In this document: positions 40,978 to 51,083 of the stretch, in pieces
How positions within the stretch are numbered: position 1 is the stretch's first letter
How the letters are laid out: the number at the start of each line of letters is the position of its first letter
Assembly (NCBI GenBank): GCA_963666365.2
Contig: CAXXNF010000001.1
Coordinates: 448,001 to 512,000 of the forward strand
Length of the DNA: 64,000 nucleotides
Direction: 5' to 3'
Source of the DNA: Syntrophales bacterium
Lineage (GTDB): Bacteria > Desulfobacterota > Syntrophia > Syntrophales > UBA2210
Position numbers and translations under genes: made by a program
The notes under the pieces: model-generated
What the model saw: the letters and a program-made list of their open reading frames with translations, nothing else
The model's database searches: none
What the model was told of the DNA's origin: nothing

Positions 40978-42066
40978 TTACAGCGGTCCCTTCTTCGCGC
41001 CGTGCGCCTCGAATGAATATTGAATGATCCGGTCCATCAATTCCGCCTGGTTGATGCCGGAAGCGGCGGCCTGATGAAACAGCACCGTCGAGGGCGTCAT
41101 CCCGGGAAGGCTGTTTGGTTCCAGCACCACAACGGCGCCGTCGGACTTGACAAACATATCGATGCGGGCGTAAACCTTCAAGCCCAGCGCCTGAAAGGTT
41201 TGAACCGCGACCTCCCGAATACGGGACAGCGTTTCTCCAGGGAGGCGGGCAGGTGTCTTGTTTTCACCCTGGCCATAAAGGAACTTGTCTTCCAGTGAAA
41301 GGACTTCCGCGGTGGGTATCGTTTCCGAAGGAGTCAATGCCAGGGGACGTTCGTTGCCGATTACCCCGCAAGTCACTTCCATGCCTTCAAGAAACTCCTC
41401 TACCAGGGCTTCACGGTCCCATGCGAAGGCGTTTTGGAGGGCATTCCCCAGATCATCGGGCGACGCCACCTTTGCCACTGCGGTGCTGCACCCCTCCCGA
41501 GAGGGCTTCACCACACAGGGATATCCGATCTCCCCCTCGATACGCTCCTGCAACACCGCGGCATTCCTGTCCCATTCCGACAGGGCAACGGCTACCGTTT
41601 TTGGTACATCGATGCCTGCAATCGCAAGCACCCTTCGTGAAACTTTTTTGTCCATTCCGAGCGCCGAGGCCAGAACCCCGGACCCGACATAGGGGATGTG
41701 CAACAGTTCCAGAAGTCCTTGAAAGCACCCGTCCTCGCCGTACTTTCCGTGAAGACCGATGTAGACGATATCGACGGCCTGCGCCAGCTCTTCGTAAGGG
41801 ATTCTCAGTGCCTCCTCCTCCAGATCCGCCTCTATATCGGCGGTGGAGTTTCGCATAATAAGTTTAAACGGTATACGCCAGAGGCGCCCTTTTCCATCCA
41901 TGAAAATGGGCACACATTCGTACGCGCCTTTGGGCAGCTTACTGAAGATGTTGCGCCCGCTTTCAAGAGATATTTCCTTTTCCGAGGAAATTCCCCCCAT
42001 TACGATCCCCACTTTGATCGGGATCGACAGTGTTCTTTCCTTGTGTTCCTGCGTCATGAATCGCAA
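40978..42066 (-). CDS. ddl: D-Ala--D-Ala ligase family protein, paralog B
   Basis: GGISSEKEISLESG, LHGKYGEDG, KPSREGCS, RIDMF, EPNSLPG. Confidence 0.88.
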   Translation of the reverse strand: MRFMTQEHKERTLSIPIKVGIVMGGISSEKEISLESGRNIFSKLPKGAYECVPIFMDGKGRLWRIPFKLIMRNSTADIEADLEEEALRIPYEELAQAVDIVYIGLHGKYGEDGCFQGLLELLHIPYVGSGVLASALGMDKKVSRRVLAIAGIDVPKTVAVALSEWDRNAAVLQERIEGEIGYPCVVKPSREGCSTAVAKVASPDDLGNALQNAFAWDREALVEEFLEGMEVTCGVIGNERPLALTPSETIPTAEVLSLEDKFLYGQGENKTPARLPGETLSRIREVAVQTFQALGLKVYARIDMFVKSDGAVVVLEPNSLPGMTPSTVLFHQAAASGINQAELMDRIIQYSFEAHGAKKGPL

Positions 42067-42149
42067 GTCCCTTTACTTTTCCTTTGATATCAAGCTTATA
42101 AAGTTATTTGGAAGGCATGTAAAGCCTTTTCTCTTTTCACCCCCCCCCC

Positions 42150-43205
42150 TTACAGAGGGCCTTTTTTCTCCCTGTGCACCTTGAGAGAAATCTCTATCAG
42201 CTCAGAAAGAATCATGGACGGAAGCATGCCCGCCTCCGCCCCCTGTTCAAAGAAAAAGGACGATGGGGCCATGCCCGATGATGAATTGGGATCAGTAATA
42301 ACTACCACGGCGCCTTCGAGGACAAAACCATCTATGCGGCCGTAGGATCTGAATCCAAGGCTCTTGAAGGCCTTCACCACCTCCTCTTTGATCGCGGCAA
42401 CCGCAGTGGAAGATATATGTTTGGGCGGCGTATATTTTCTGCACTTGCCCGGCATATACTTATCATTATAGCTGTAAAAGTCGCTTTGGGGATTTATTTC
42501 CGTTACGGCAAGCGCATAGGGTCCGTCATTCCCTTCGAGCACAATAGAGGAAAATTCGATCCCCTCGAGGTATTCCTCCACCAGAATCGTTCGATCCCAG
42601 ATCAGGGCCGCTTCCATTCCCCGGGCCAGCTCCTTGCGGTCCCGCACAATGGTAACCCCGTAGCTGGAGCCTTCCCGCGTCGGCTTGGTCACCAGGGGCG
42701 TCCCGAATTCCCGGATCAGCATCTCTTCGATCCCCCGCGGGTCACGCTTCCATGCCCCTTCATCGACAACCATGCTCCGGGGCACGAAAATCCCGGAGGC
42801 TTTCAGTACCCTTTGCTGTATTTCCTTGTCCATCCCCAGTGCCGACGCCAGCACGCCGGGACCGGTATAGGGAATCTGGAGCAATTCCAGCATCCCCTGT
42901 ATGCACCCGTCGTCTCCGTACTTGCCGTGAAGGGCCAGAAAAGCGAAATCGATTGCCTGCGGAAGTTCCTCGTAGGCGATGCGGCGGGCCTCCGATTCGA
43001 GACGCTCCGAAATATCGACCGTTGTATTCTGCGACACAAGCTGCCAGGGCAAAATCCAGAGTCCTCCCCGGTCATCCATGAATATGGGAATTGAGTCGTA
43101 GCAATCCCGATCCAGGTTGTCATACACATTCCTGCCGCTGTTCAGCGACACCTCCCTTTCCGAGGACATGCCGCCCAGAATGATGCCGATCTTCAGCCGC
43201 TCCAT
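42150..43205 (-). CDS. ddl: D-Ala--D-Ala ligase family protein, paralog A
   Basis: GGMSSEREVSLNSG, LHGKYGDDG, KPTREGSSYG, FYSYNDKY, RIDGF. Confidence 0.88.
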   Translation of the reverse strand: MERLKIGIILGGMSSEREVSLNSGRNVYDNLDRDCYDSIPIFMDDRGGLWILPWQLVSQNTTVDISERLESEARRIAYEELPQAIDFAFLALHGKYGDDGCIQGMLELLQIPYTGPGVLASALGMDKEIQQRVLKASGIFVPRSMVVDEGAWKRDPRGIEEMLIREFGTPLVTKPTREGSSYGVTIVRDRKELARGMEAALIWDRTILVEEYLEGIEFSSIVLEGNDGPYALAVTEINPQSDFYSYNDKYMPGKCRKYTPPKHISSTAVAAIKEEVVKAFKSLGFRSYGRIDGFVLEGAVVVITDPNSSSGMAPSSFFFEQGAEAGMLPSMILSELIEISLKVHREKKGPL

Positions 43206-43265
43206 TTTATTACTACCTTTCAGGGCGTGTAAGGTTCTACGTTCTACGTTCTACGATCTGTGTGT

Positions 43266-45230
43266 TTATAATTCCCAGCTGAAGGCCACGCCGCTGTTCG
43301 GAAAGACCCAGTTGTCGTCGTTCAGTTTCAGCTGTATCGATTCTCCCTGTTTCGACACCACCTTCGGGTAAGGGTGCTTCCCTGCAAAAAAGCTGGTCTC
43401 CCGGACGTTTCTTAAGGACACGCCCGCATAGTCGAAACAGATTTCCAGACCCCGGGTGGGATAGGCCAGAAAAAGTGAGAAGGCATTGCTGGCCTTGAAT
43501 TTCTTCGTCACGATCTCTATTTCAACCTTTACGGCACTGTTCACCTTTTCCTTCAGATTATCGCCGCCGCACCATATTTCGTACCCTCGTTCGGTAGTCT
43601 CCCTTTCGAGAACCGAAACGTCGCACTCGTCAATCCTTACCCGTTCCACCATAAAATCCCGTTCCTGAAAGAGATCCGTCCGTCCCGGAAGGAGCCACCG
43701 GTATTCACATCGCTCCTCCTCAAAGAGGGCGGAAAGTTGCTCATTATTGAGGGCACAACCGATCAGGAACACATCGCTTCTGAGCACCTTCGTGTATTCG
43801 ATGTGGGTGGATACCTTGAAGTAATCCCTCACCGCCGCATCTTCCCGCTGTTCCTCTTTTGAAAAATTGCGGACCTTGATGAAATATTTGAACCCCTCCC
43901 TCAGTTCGAGCTGACGATTCTCCTTTCCGAAGAGCGTTTCAAACATTTCATAGTAGATGGCGTCGCCCATTTCGATGCTGGAGGCCCTTGCCTGCAAACA
44001 GCTTCTGATAATGCTGTCGATGCGGACGAGGGAGCGTTCCTCGTGAGGAACAAATATACGCCTCAGGCGTGGTTCCACCGCACCGGGCGCCCCTTTGTTG
44101 ACAAACACTCTCGGCGCCCGCTTTCCCAGTACGCAGAGCACCTCGTAACTTATGGTGCCGGCCTTGCGGGCGATCTCTTCAGCCGAAAGGTATTCTCCAC
44201 CTTGTGTCCCCATCAGCACCACCTCGTCGCCAATGGCACAGTCAGGCACATCGGTCACATCGAGGGTGCACATATCCATGGACACCCTTCCCACTACCGG
44301 CACACGTTTCCCCCTGACAAGCGCCTCGGCCCTGTTGGACAGAATGAACCCGAACCCGTCGCCGTAGCCCACCGGGATGGTGGCGATTCGGGATGGTTTC
44401 TCCGTTCGATAACTTCTGCCGTATCCTATGCTGTAGCCGGCGTCAAACTCCTTTAAAAGCACCACCGTCGTCTTGAAGCTCATGACCGGGGAAAGATTCG
44501 CTTTTGACACCGTCAGGGGCGAGGGATGCACACCGTACGTCATAATGCCGGGCCTGACCATATCGAGGTTAAATTCAGGAAAATTCAACACCCCTCCGCT
44601 GTTGGCGAAATGGCGCAGAGGAATCTCGTATCCTTTTTTATTTAATAAATTTAAAATTTTATTAAAAAGCCGCCATTGATCATAGTTATAGTCGTCCTCC
44701 CCCAGCTCGCTTTGCGACAGGTGGGAGAACACCCCTTCCACATAAAGATGGTCCAGTGTCATGATCGTCTCGATCATCCCTATCGCTTCATAATGAAGCG
44801 TTCCCCCCCTTCCCATGCCGGTATCCACTTCAATATGCACGGGAACCCTCAGCCCCTCAATCGACGCGGAACGATCCAGTTCCCGGGCAAACTGAAGATC
44901 CGAAACGGAGGGTGTCAAATTGTATTTAATGATTTCATCAATTTCGGAGATGATGGCAGGGCTGAGAATAACAATAGGCGCATTGATGCCGCTGATGCGA
45001 AGCTGAATGCCCTCATCGGCGTTGGCCACACCCAGGCAGAACACGCCGTTATTCAGGGCTGCCCGGGATATCTCAATGGCCCCATGGCCATAGGCATCGG
45101 CCTTCACGACCTGCATCACCCGCACACCGGGGGCAATAAGACTCTTTATCTCGTTCCAATTATGTCGAAAGCTGTCAAGATCTATCTCTACCCAGCTTCT
45201 GTACTGTTGGGTCAATGCCATGTTCACCAC
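43266..45230 (-). CDS. alr: Alanine racemase with an uncharacterised C-terminal domain of about 280 aa
   Basis: VVKADAYGHG, VDTGMGR, VRPGI, SIGYG, GRVSMD, TISYEVLC; the ORF continues to 654 aa. Confidence 0.92.
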   Translation of the reverse strand: MVNMALTQQYRSWVEIDLDSFRHNWNEIKSLIAPGVRVMQVVKADAYGHGAIEISRAALNNGVFCLGVANADEGIQLRISGINAPIVILSPAIISEIDEIIKYNLTPSVSDLQFARELDRSASIEGLRVPVHIEVDTGMGRGGTLHYEAIGMIETIMTLDHLYVEGVFSHLSQSELGEDDYNYDQWRLFNKILNLLNKKGYEIPLRHFANSGGVLNFPEFNLDMVRPGIMTYGVHPSPLTVSKANLSPVMSFKTTVVLLKEFDAGYSIGYGRSYRTEKPSRIATIPVGYGDGFGFILSNRAEALVRGKRVPVVGRVSMDMCTLDVTDVPDCAIGDEVVLMGTQGGEYLSAEEIARKAGTISYEVLCVLGKRAPRVFVNKGAPGAVEPRLRRIFVPHEERSLVRIDSIIRSCLQARASSIEMGDAIYYEMFETLFGKENRQLELREGFKYFIKVRNFSKEEQREDAAVRDYFKVSTHIEYTKVLRSDVFLIGCALNNEQLSALFEEERCEYRWLLPGRTDLFQERDFMVERVRIDECDVSVLERETTERGYEIWCGGDNLKEKVNSAVKVEIEIVTKKFKASNAFSLFLAYPTRGLEICFDYAGVSLRNVRETSFFAGKHPYPKVVSKQGESIQLKLNDDNWVFPNSGVAFSWEL

Positions 45231-45298
45231 ACCGCTTCTTCCATTGCGACATATTTCGCTCCGACGCTTGTAACAGCAAATTGCTCCGGAATAAAGGG

Positions 45299-47548
45299 CT
45301 ATTTTTTCGTCATCACATATACGCCGTCCCAGCCAGGCGCCGGGGGAGTGCGCTTCAAGTCATCACATCGCACTAAATACATCTCTGCTGCATTATCGCC
45401 CGGTTTCAGATCAAGAACCCTGCGGAAACAGGAAACCGCCTCGTCCCATCGGCACTGCCGGTAATGAGCGAGCCCCTCCTCGAAAACGGTAATGTAGGAA
45501 AAGTCGGCGGCGGCGCCATCAATCACCCCCACTAATTCGTATATTTTTACGGGTCGGGCCTTCCCCTTTACCCTCACCGAGTCCAGTTCACGGCACTGAA
45601 GTACATGCTTCACCGCCTCGTAGGTAAACTCGCTGATCACGATGTTCGTGCCGTACTCTTTATTGATGCCTTCAAGGCGCGACCCCAGGTTGACACTGTC
45701 GCCCATTACCGTATAATCGAACCGCATCTCCGAACCCATATTCCCCACCACCATGTCCCCCGTATTGACGCCGATCCCTATATCGAGCACCGGCCTCCCT
45801 TCTGCGGTCCACTTCGCCTGGAGCTTCTTCAGTTCCTGCATCATGTCCAGCGCCGTGCGGCAGGCGCGAAGCGGATGGTCGGGCTGATCCAGGGGAGCGC
45901 CGTAGACAGCCATAATGGCATCCCCCATGTACTTGTCCAAAAGCCCGTCATACTGAAAAACCTTGTCGGTCATAGCGGTAAGATATTCATTGAGAAGCTT
46001 CACCAGCTCTTCCGGTGAAAGCTTTTCCGACACCGAGGTAAACCCCCTGATATCTGAAAAGAGGACCGTCAGATCCTTCTTGTCACCGCCCAGTTTCAGC
46101 TTTGTCGGATCCTTGAGCATCTCGTTTATGACCGATGCCGTCAGATAGTACTGGAAGGCGCCTTTGATCTTTTTCTTTTCCCGCTCTTCCGTAATGTACC
46201 TGTAGAGGGTAATCCCCACATAGACAAAAAGAACCGTCAGCACCGGATATACCATATTCAGCCAGAGATTCCAGCCCGTGAAGACAAAGCGGTTGAAGAG
46301 CACATAGAGGAAGGCGAGCGCTATTGCAAACACAAGCCCCCAGAACGCCCTGAGCCGTGCGAGAACAGGCACCATAAGAAGCCCAAGCAGCAGTACGGCC
46401 ATAATATCAATAATGACCGCCCAGCCGGGGCGCTTGATGAAATCCTCGTGCAGAATATTGTCGATGACGGTCGCATGAATCTCTACTCCCGGGTAGACGG
46501 TGCTGAAGGGTGTCACCCGCAGATCGTAGATGCCGGTGGCTGTTGCACCCACAAGGACGATCTTGTCCCTGAACACGGCGGGATCGAGGCGCCCATGAAT
46601 GATATCGGTAATGGAATAGTAGGGAAAGGTGCCGACAGGCCCCCGATAATTGACCAGCATTCTCCCCCCCTCGTCGGTAGGGATGAGGGTCTCGTCGAGC
46701 ATCACCCCTTCCACGCCCAGTTCCGAGATGGTTGTCGCAAGAAGCGGCCAGTCGTAATACACCACCAGGGTGGCCAGGGCCAGGGAAGGATAGAGATATT
46801 CTCCAAAGGCAATCGCCAGGGGGGACCATCGGTTTGTACCGTCCACATCGGGGAAGGCATTGAAATATCCGGCATTCTCGGCAACATCGGCAAACTGTAC
46901 TATATTCGCCGCCGCGGCGTAGGCCCTGTTGATATAGGCGAAATTCGGCGCACCCACGAGCCGTACCGCCTGATACTGGGATCCGGCGATGTTTTCGGCG
47001 CCCCTTTCGATATCCTCTTCATTCAGATGGGAGGCCTCCTCCTTGCTCGTGTAGAAAAAGTACCCCAGGGTGACATTGCCGGCCCGTTCGATCGCCTCTG
47101 CCAGGGCGCTGTCCGTGTCGGCCTCCTTTTTACGGCCCTCCAGCAGCTCATCGATGCGGCCGTCCTGAACCCCCAGGGTTTCAAGCTCCGCCGATATCCG
47201 GCCTATTTCTTCGAGACCGGCGTTCTCGTCCGGTTCGGCAAAGACAATATCAAACCCCACGGCCTTCGCGCCGTATTCGCCGAGTCGATCCACCAGCTGG
47301 GCGATTACCGTCCGTTTCCAAGGCCATCGTCCCAGTTCGCTCAAGCTCTTCTCGTCGATGGTGGCGATCACCGTCTCGCCGCCGGGCGCCTCGGCGCCCC
47401 GGGAGATAAACCGCAGGTCCAAAGCCTTCAGCTCCATAAACTGGAAAAAGGGAACTTTTATAAAATAGAGCACCAGCGCGATCAATACCACCAGAATTGC
47501 AATCTTCAAAGGGGATGCGGTGACGAAATACTTCAAAAGCTTTTTCAT
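45299..47548 (-). CDS. CHASE2-domain class III adenylate cyclase
   Basis: IDEKSLSELGRWPW and PGVEIHAT (CHASE2), three TMs, FSDIRGFT, DKYMGDA, DYTVMGDSVNLGSRLEG. Confidence 0.93.
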   Translation of the reverse strand: MKKLLKYFVTASPLKIAILVVLIALVLYFIKVPFFQFMELKALDLRFISRGAEAPGGETVIATIDEKSLSELGRWPWKRTVIAQLVDRLGEYGAKAVGFDIVFAEPDENAGLEEIGRISAELETLGVQDGRIDELLEGRKKEADTDSALAEAIERAGNVTLGYFFYTSKEEASHLNEEDIERGAENIAGSQYQAVRLVGAPNFAYINRAYAAAANIVQFADVAENAGYFNAFPDVDGTNRWSPLAIAFGEYLYPSLALATLVVYYDWPLLATTISELGVEGVMLDETLIPTDEGGRMLVNYRGPVGTFPYYSITDIIHGRLDPAVFRDKIVLVGATATGIYDLRVTPFSTVYPGVEIHATVIDNILHEDFIKRPGWAVIIDIMAVLLLGLLMVPVLARLRAFWGLVFAIALAFLYVLFNRFVFTGWNLWLNMVYPVLTVLFVYVGITLYRYITEEREKKKIKGAFQYYLTASVINEMLKDPTKLKLGGDKKDLTVLFSDIRGFTSVSEKLSPEELVKLLNEYLTAMTDKVFQYDGLLDKYMGDAIMAVYGAPLDQPDHPLRACRTALDMMQELKKLQAKWTAEGRPVLDIGIGVNTGDMVVGNMGSEMRFDYTVMGDSVNLGSRLEGINKEYGTNIVISEFTYEAVKHVLQCRELDSVRVKGKARPVKIYELVGVIDGAAADFSYITVFEEGLAHYRQCRWDEAVSCFRRVLDLKPGDNAAEMYLVRCDDLKRTPPAPGWDGVYVMTKK

Positions 47549-47714
47549 AGGCGCCCTTCCTTTCCAAACTGTACGAAAATAGTATCAAAAGGCGCTTCAA
47601 AGTCAAGACAAAGGAAAGTGATGGAAGATATTCACAACACAGTGATTTTAGGATTTGATTGCGCTTGACAAGAGGAACGTCTTACGATAGAGAGCAGTTT
47701 CACAAAATCCGAAA

Positions 47715-47790
<76 letters not shown>

Positions 47791-48604
47791 GTTATAACAA
47801 AGGGTTAGCGATGATTCGTTGGCCCTTTTTCTTATTTTTCACAACATTTTTGCTACAGTCATTCTTCTTTACAGGCAATCTCAATGTGTATATACTTCTT
47901 AAGCCAGCCCAGCATTCAGAACACTTCGCATTATTCATATATGAGGAGGCAAGCATAATGAGATGTCCGTTCAGGAAGGTTTGTTGCGTTTTATTTATAT
48001 TTTCAATTGTGTTGGTGTCCGTTAACGCTTTTGCACAATCGCACACAGGAAATTTGGCTGGAACAGTGATTACGAAGCAAGGTGATACGCTCCCTGGTGT
48101 ACTTGTAACATTGAGCAGCAGAGTGGGCTATTTTCAATTTATGGACACAGATGCCGCAGGCAAGTTTAAATTCTATGGTATTCCTATCGGAATGTATACA
48201 GCGAAAGCAGAACTTGAGGGATTTTTAACAGATGTATATCCAAATATAGTAATCAACTCAGATAGATTAACAACAATACAAATTGTGCTTCAGCCCGCTG
48301 ACTAGGAATGAACAGCATCATCCTAGCGGAAGGCGAGGCCATGAATCGGATAATCGGGTTCTGTATCGGTATATGCGCCACCCGTATACCGAAAGAAGAC
48401 AAGAAAAGAAAATTATGCAATCGGCATTCGAAATTTGACTGAATCCTGCACAACTTCTTGCACAACATTCTTCCAAAAAGACGATGAATAACGAATTTTC
48501 AAAAAGACTAAAATCAATATTTTCAAAATGTTAAGTGTAGGCTGTTTTCTCTACCATCTTTCGTAATCAGCAGGTCAGCGGTTCGAATCCGCTCATCGGC
48601 TCCA
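47791..48604. mobile_element. Degenerate tRNA-anchored mini-island with no integrase
   Basis: AT-rich segment bounded by the intact tRNA and its duplicated 3' end; carries one gene. Confidence 0.6.
47958..48305 (+). CDS. Small secreted protein, carboxypeptidase-regulatory-like domain
   Basis: GAGGAGG RBS, signal peptide, LAGTV...LPGVLVTL...TDAAGKFKF...GMYTAKAELEGF pattern. Confidence 0.78.
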   Translation: MRCPFRKVCCVLFIFSIVLVSVNAFAQSHTGNLAGTVITKQGDTLPGVLVTLSSRVGYFQFMDTDAAGKFKFYGIPIGMYTAKAELEGFLTDVYPNIVINSDRLTTIQIVLQPAD

Positions 48605-48647
48605 GTTATAACAAAGGGTTAGCGATGGTTCGTTGGCCCTTTTTCTT
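48560..48647 (+). repeat. att-like direct repeat of the tRNA-Thr 3' half plus downstream flank
   Basis: 88-bp copy of 47746-47833 with 2 mismatches, starting in the anticodon loop. Confidence 0.92.
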
Positions 48648-48849
48648 TGCTTGTATAACATTTTTATTGCCCCCCCCGTTGAAAAGTTGGTGTTCGGTAA
48701 CACGGAATTATGAGGCAACGATCCTTTTTATTCACCCCTTTCGGTAACATTTAATATGAGGCAATTCGCGCTGAAAACGTTCTCTTGACTTTATTATCAC
48801 CCGGGCGCATATTTTAAAAGAAATTAGGCATTGTCACTAGGGGAACAGC

Positions 48850-49304
48850 ACCATTGAACCCTTTCACAACGGCGATGCCATGATGAGATTATTGAAACCC
48901 CGTGCCTCAAAAGAGCAACAGAGGTTATTGCCGGCATCGGCGGCGGCAAGGTTATCGATACGGCCAAGGCAGTGACAAAAAAAATGAAGGTCACCATGAT
49001 CAGTGTTCCTACCTTAACCGGCAACGATGTTCCCTGCAGCGCCCTTTCGGTAATCTACAATCCGGACGGCGTCTATAACCGACTCATGTTCCATTTACGC
49101 AATCCCGATACCGTACTGGTAGACACCAAAAATAATCGCCGAGGCACCTGTCCGTTTTCTGGTAACGGGCATGGGCGATGCCCTGTCTACCAGTTTTAAG
49201 GCGGAGTCCTTCCGCCTGAAATATGTGCCCCCAATATGGCCGGCAGCGGGGACATCGGTTCCATGACCGGATACGCACCGGCCGGACTTCGTTATGACAG
49301 TTAA
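48850..49304 (+). pseudogene. gldA: Glycerol dehydrogenase (GldA-like) remnant
   Basis: IAGIGGGKVIDTAK and VPT...PCSALSVIY; frameshift at the A-run 49128-49132, then IIAEAPVRFLVTGMGDALST; truncated at both ends. Confidence 0.82.
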
Positions 49305-49331
49305 TAAGGAAGACAAAGGAGGATATCCATT

Positions 49332-50090
49332 ATGCAGCCGACCAATGAATATCTCTGGCGTATATCAGGTGAAGCCTTAGCCCTGTGCTACCGGGCTGCG
49401 CCCGGATATGAAGCCCGCCTGACTCCCGGGGCTTCCCTGGTCCTTTCCGGTGAAGCGGTAGCGGACCTGAATTATATCATTGTTGATGCGGGTCCCGCGG
49501 CTGAAACTCTTCTGCGGGAATATGTGCTTGTGGCGAAAAAGAGGAAGCTGCCTGTGCTAGTCCTGATTACGCGCACAGCAGTTGCCGGGCTGAAAACCGC
49601 AGCAGGTGAACTGTGTTTGCAGTTTCTTGAAGATTTTCCTTTGATGGTGTACCGGCCTGGAAATCCCTCCGCTGATACAGGTGATTACCAGGTCTGGCGG
49701 GTGGAAAAAGAAGAAGATGTACGGGCCTCGAATGACCTGGCGGCTACAGCCTTCGGCATGGAAGCAGCGGCCTTGAACAGGGCTTTCGGCCCGGACTTTA
49801 TACAGGGGCCGGGTGTGGACCTTTTTCTGGCAGCCCGTGACGGCCGGGTTATCAGTTCGGTACAGACCACCAGGGCAGGTTCGCTGACAGGAATCTGGGC
49901 TATGGCCTCTGTGCCGGACCAGCAAAGAAAAGGCGCGGGACACGCTTTACTGAATTACGTCATCTCCTATCATTGCGCCAGAGGGGCAAAGCTTTTTTAT
50001 CTTGAAGCTACACCCGCGGGGAAACCGCTGTATTCCAGGGTTGGTTTCCAGACCGTAGACGACTCGGAGGTCTGGCTGTATCAGCCATGA
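49332..50090 (+). CDS. GNAT family N-acetyltransferase
   Basis: GIWAMASVPDQQRKGAG and ATPAGKPLYSRVGF motifs; AGGAGG RBS. Confidence 0.9.
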   Translation: MQPTNEYLWRISGEALALCYRAAPGYEARLTPGASLVLSGEAVADLNYIIVDAGPAAETLLREYVLVAKKRKLPVLVLITRTAVAGLKTAAGELCLQFLEDFPLMVYRPGNPSADTGDYQVWRVEKEEDVRASNDLAATAFGMEAAALNRAFGPDFIQGPGVDLFLAARDGRVISSVQTTRAGSLTGIWAMASVPDQQRKGAGHALLNYVISYHCARGAKLFYLEATPAGKPLYSRVGFQTVDDSEVWLYQP

Positions 50091-50110
50091 AAAAGAAATT
50101 CAGTTTCCCG

Positions 50111-50141
50111 GGGCGCGGGCCGGATGACAAGGTCCGCGCCC
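50111..50141. terminator. GC-rich hairpin between convergent genes
   Basis: GGGCGCGGGCC/GGTCCGCGCCC inverted repeat. Confidence 0.55.
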
Positions 50142-50189
50142 GGTGTAAAGTCTTGATTATTCTATGACCTGAATAAGGTCTTTAAAGGC

Positions 50190-50690
50190 TTATTTCTCCA
50201 GAAGTTCTTCGTTCAGCTCCAGGCCCAGTCCCGGACCCTCAGGCGGGTACATAAATCCGTTTTTAACCAGGGGTACGTTTTTGGCAATATCGTCGGTCAT
50301 AGGACCGTTTACACCCAGGTTTTCATGTTCCATATGCGTTGCCCATTCATCCGAGACCAGTAAATGTACCTGCCAGGCTGTCTCAAATGCCGAATTGGGC
50401 AGGGCTTCGCACATAATGGGCAGACCGGCTGCTTTGGTTACGGCAGACCACTTCTGGGCCTGTTTGATGCCGCCCACTTTAGCCAGTTTGATAAAGAGAA
50501 TGTTGGCGGCGTCGTGCTCTATATATAATCCTGAGAAGATGGGTCAGGTCGGTGACGGACTCATCGGCGGCAATGGGAATGCCAACCTTCTGCCTTAGCC
50601 TTACGAGATTATCGATTTCCTTCCAGGGTACGGGCTGTTCCGCCATGCACAGGTCGAGTTTTTCCATTTTCTTGAGTAAAGGATAACAAT
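50190..50690 (-). pseudogene. Mandelate racemase/muconate lactonizing enzyme family, C-terminal remnant
   Basis: EQPVP and IPIAADES; frameshift in an (AT)n run near 50520, then IKLAKVGGI and PEGPGLGLELN; 5' half missing. Confidence 0.82.
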
Positions 50691-50724
50691 ACTATAAACA
50701 TCGTGAGGCAGAAGGAGGTTGGCT

Positions 50725-51083
50725 ATGGGACGCAATTTCGGTAAATGGATTGGAATAGCGGTAATGGCGGCGATGTTCTGCGTGGCGGGATTGGCCATGT
50801 CCGGCGAAGCCCAGGCGGATCGTTTCATATACCACGGCAACGGCACAGTGACGCACACAGGAACTGGCCTGATGTGGGCGGATAGAGACAACGGCTCGGA
50901 TGTTAACTGGTATAACGCCAAGAGCTATTGTGAGGGATATAGCGAAGGGAGAAAATCCGGCTGACGGATGCAAACGTTTCCGAGGCTGGCTACTTCTGTT
51001 TCCTCAGAGACGGCACCTGGTGCTGGGCTCACCCGTCCTACGTCGGCAACAACCGCGCCTTGCCGGTGCGGTCGGGCAATTAG
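50725..51083 (+). pseudogene. DUF1566 (Lcl-like) secreted protein remnant
   Basis: AGGAGG RBS, signal peptide, RF...NGTVTHTGTGLMW...NWYNAKSYC; TGA where W of WRxP is expected; out-of-frame tail ...NNRALPVRSGN-stop. Confidence 0.8.

Noticed and set aside
42067..42152. Readthrough or frameshift fusing the two ddl genes at the G10 tract
   Set aside because: The upstream gene ends in TAA before the tract, and both genes have complete, matching C-termini.
43234..43254. (GTTCTAC)x3 between alr and ddl
   Set aside because: A short intergenic microsatellite with no evidence of function.
48560..48604. Second tRNA gene
   Set aside because: Only the 3' half is present; the 5' acceptor strand and D-arm are missing.
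50962..50964. In-frame TGA in the DUF1566 gene as a possible selenocysteine codon
   Set aside because: It sits where the conserved Trp of WRxP is expected (TGG to TGA), and the gene is also frameshifted just after it, so it is a nonsense mutation.
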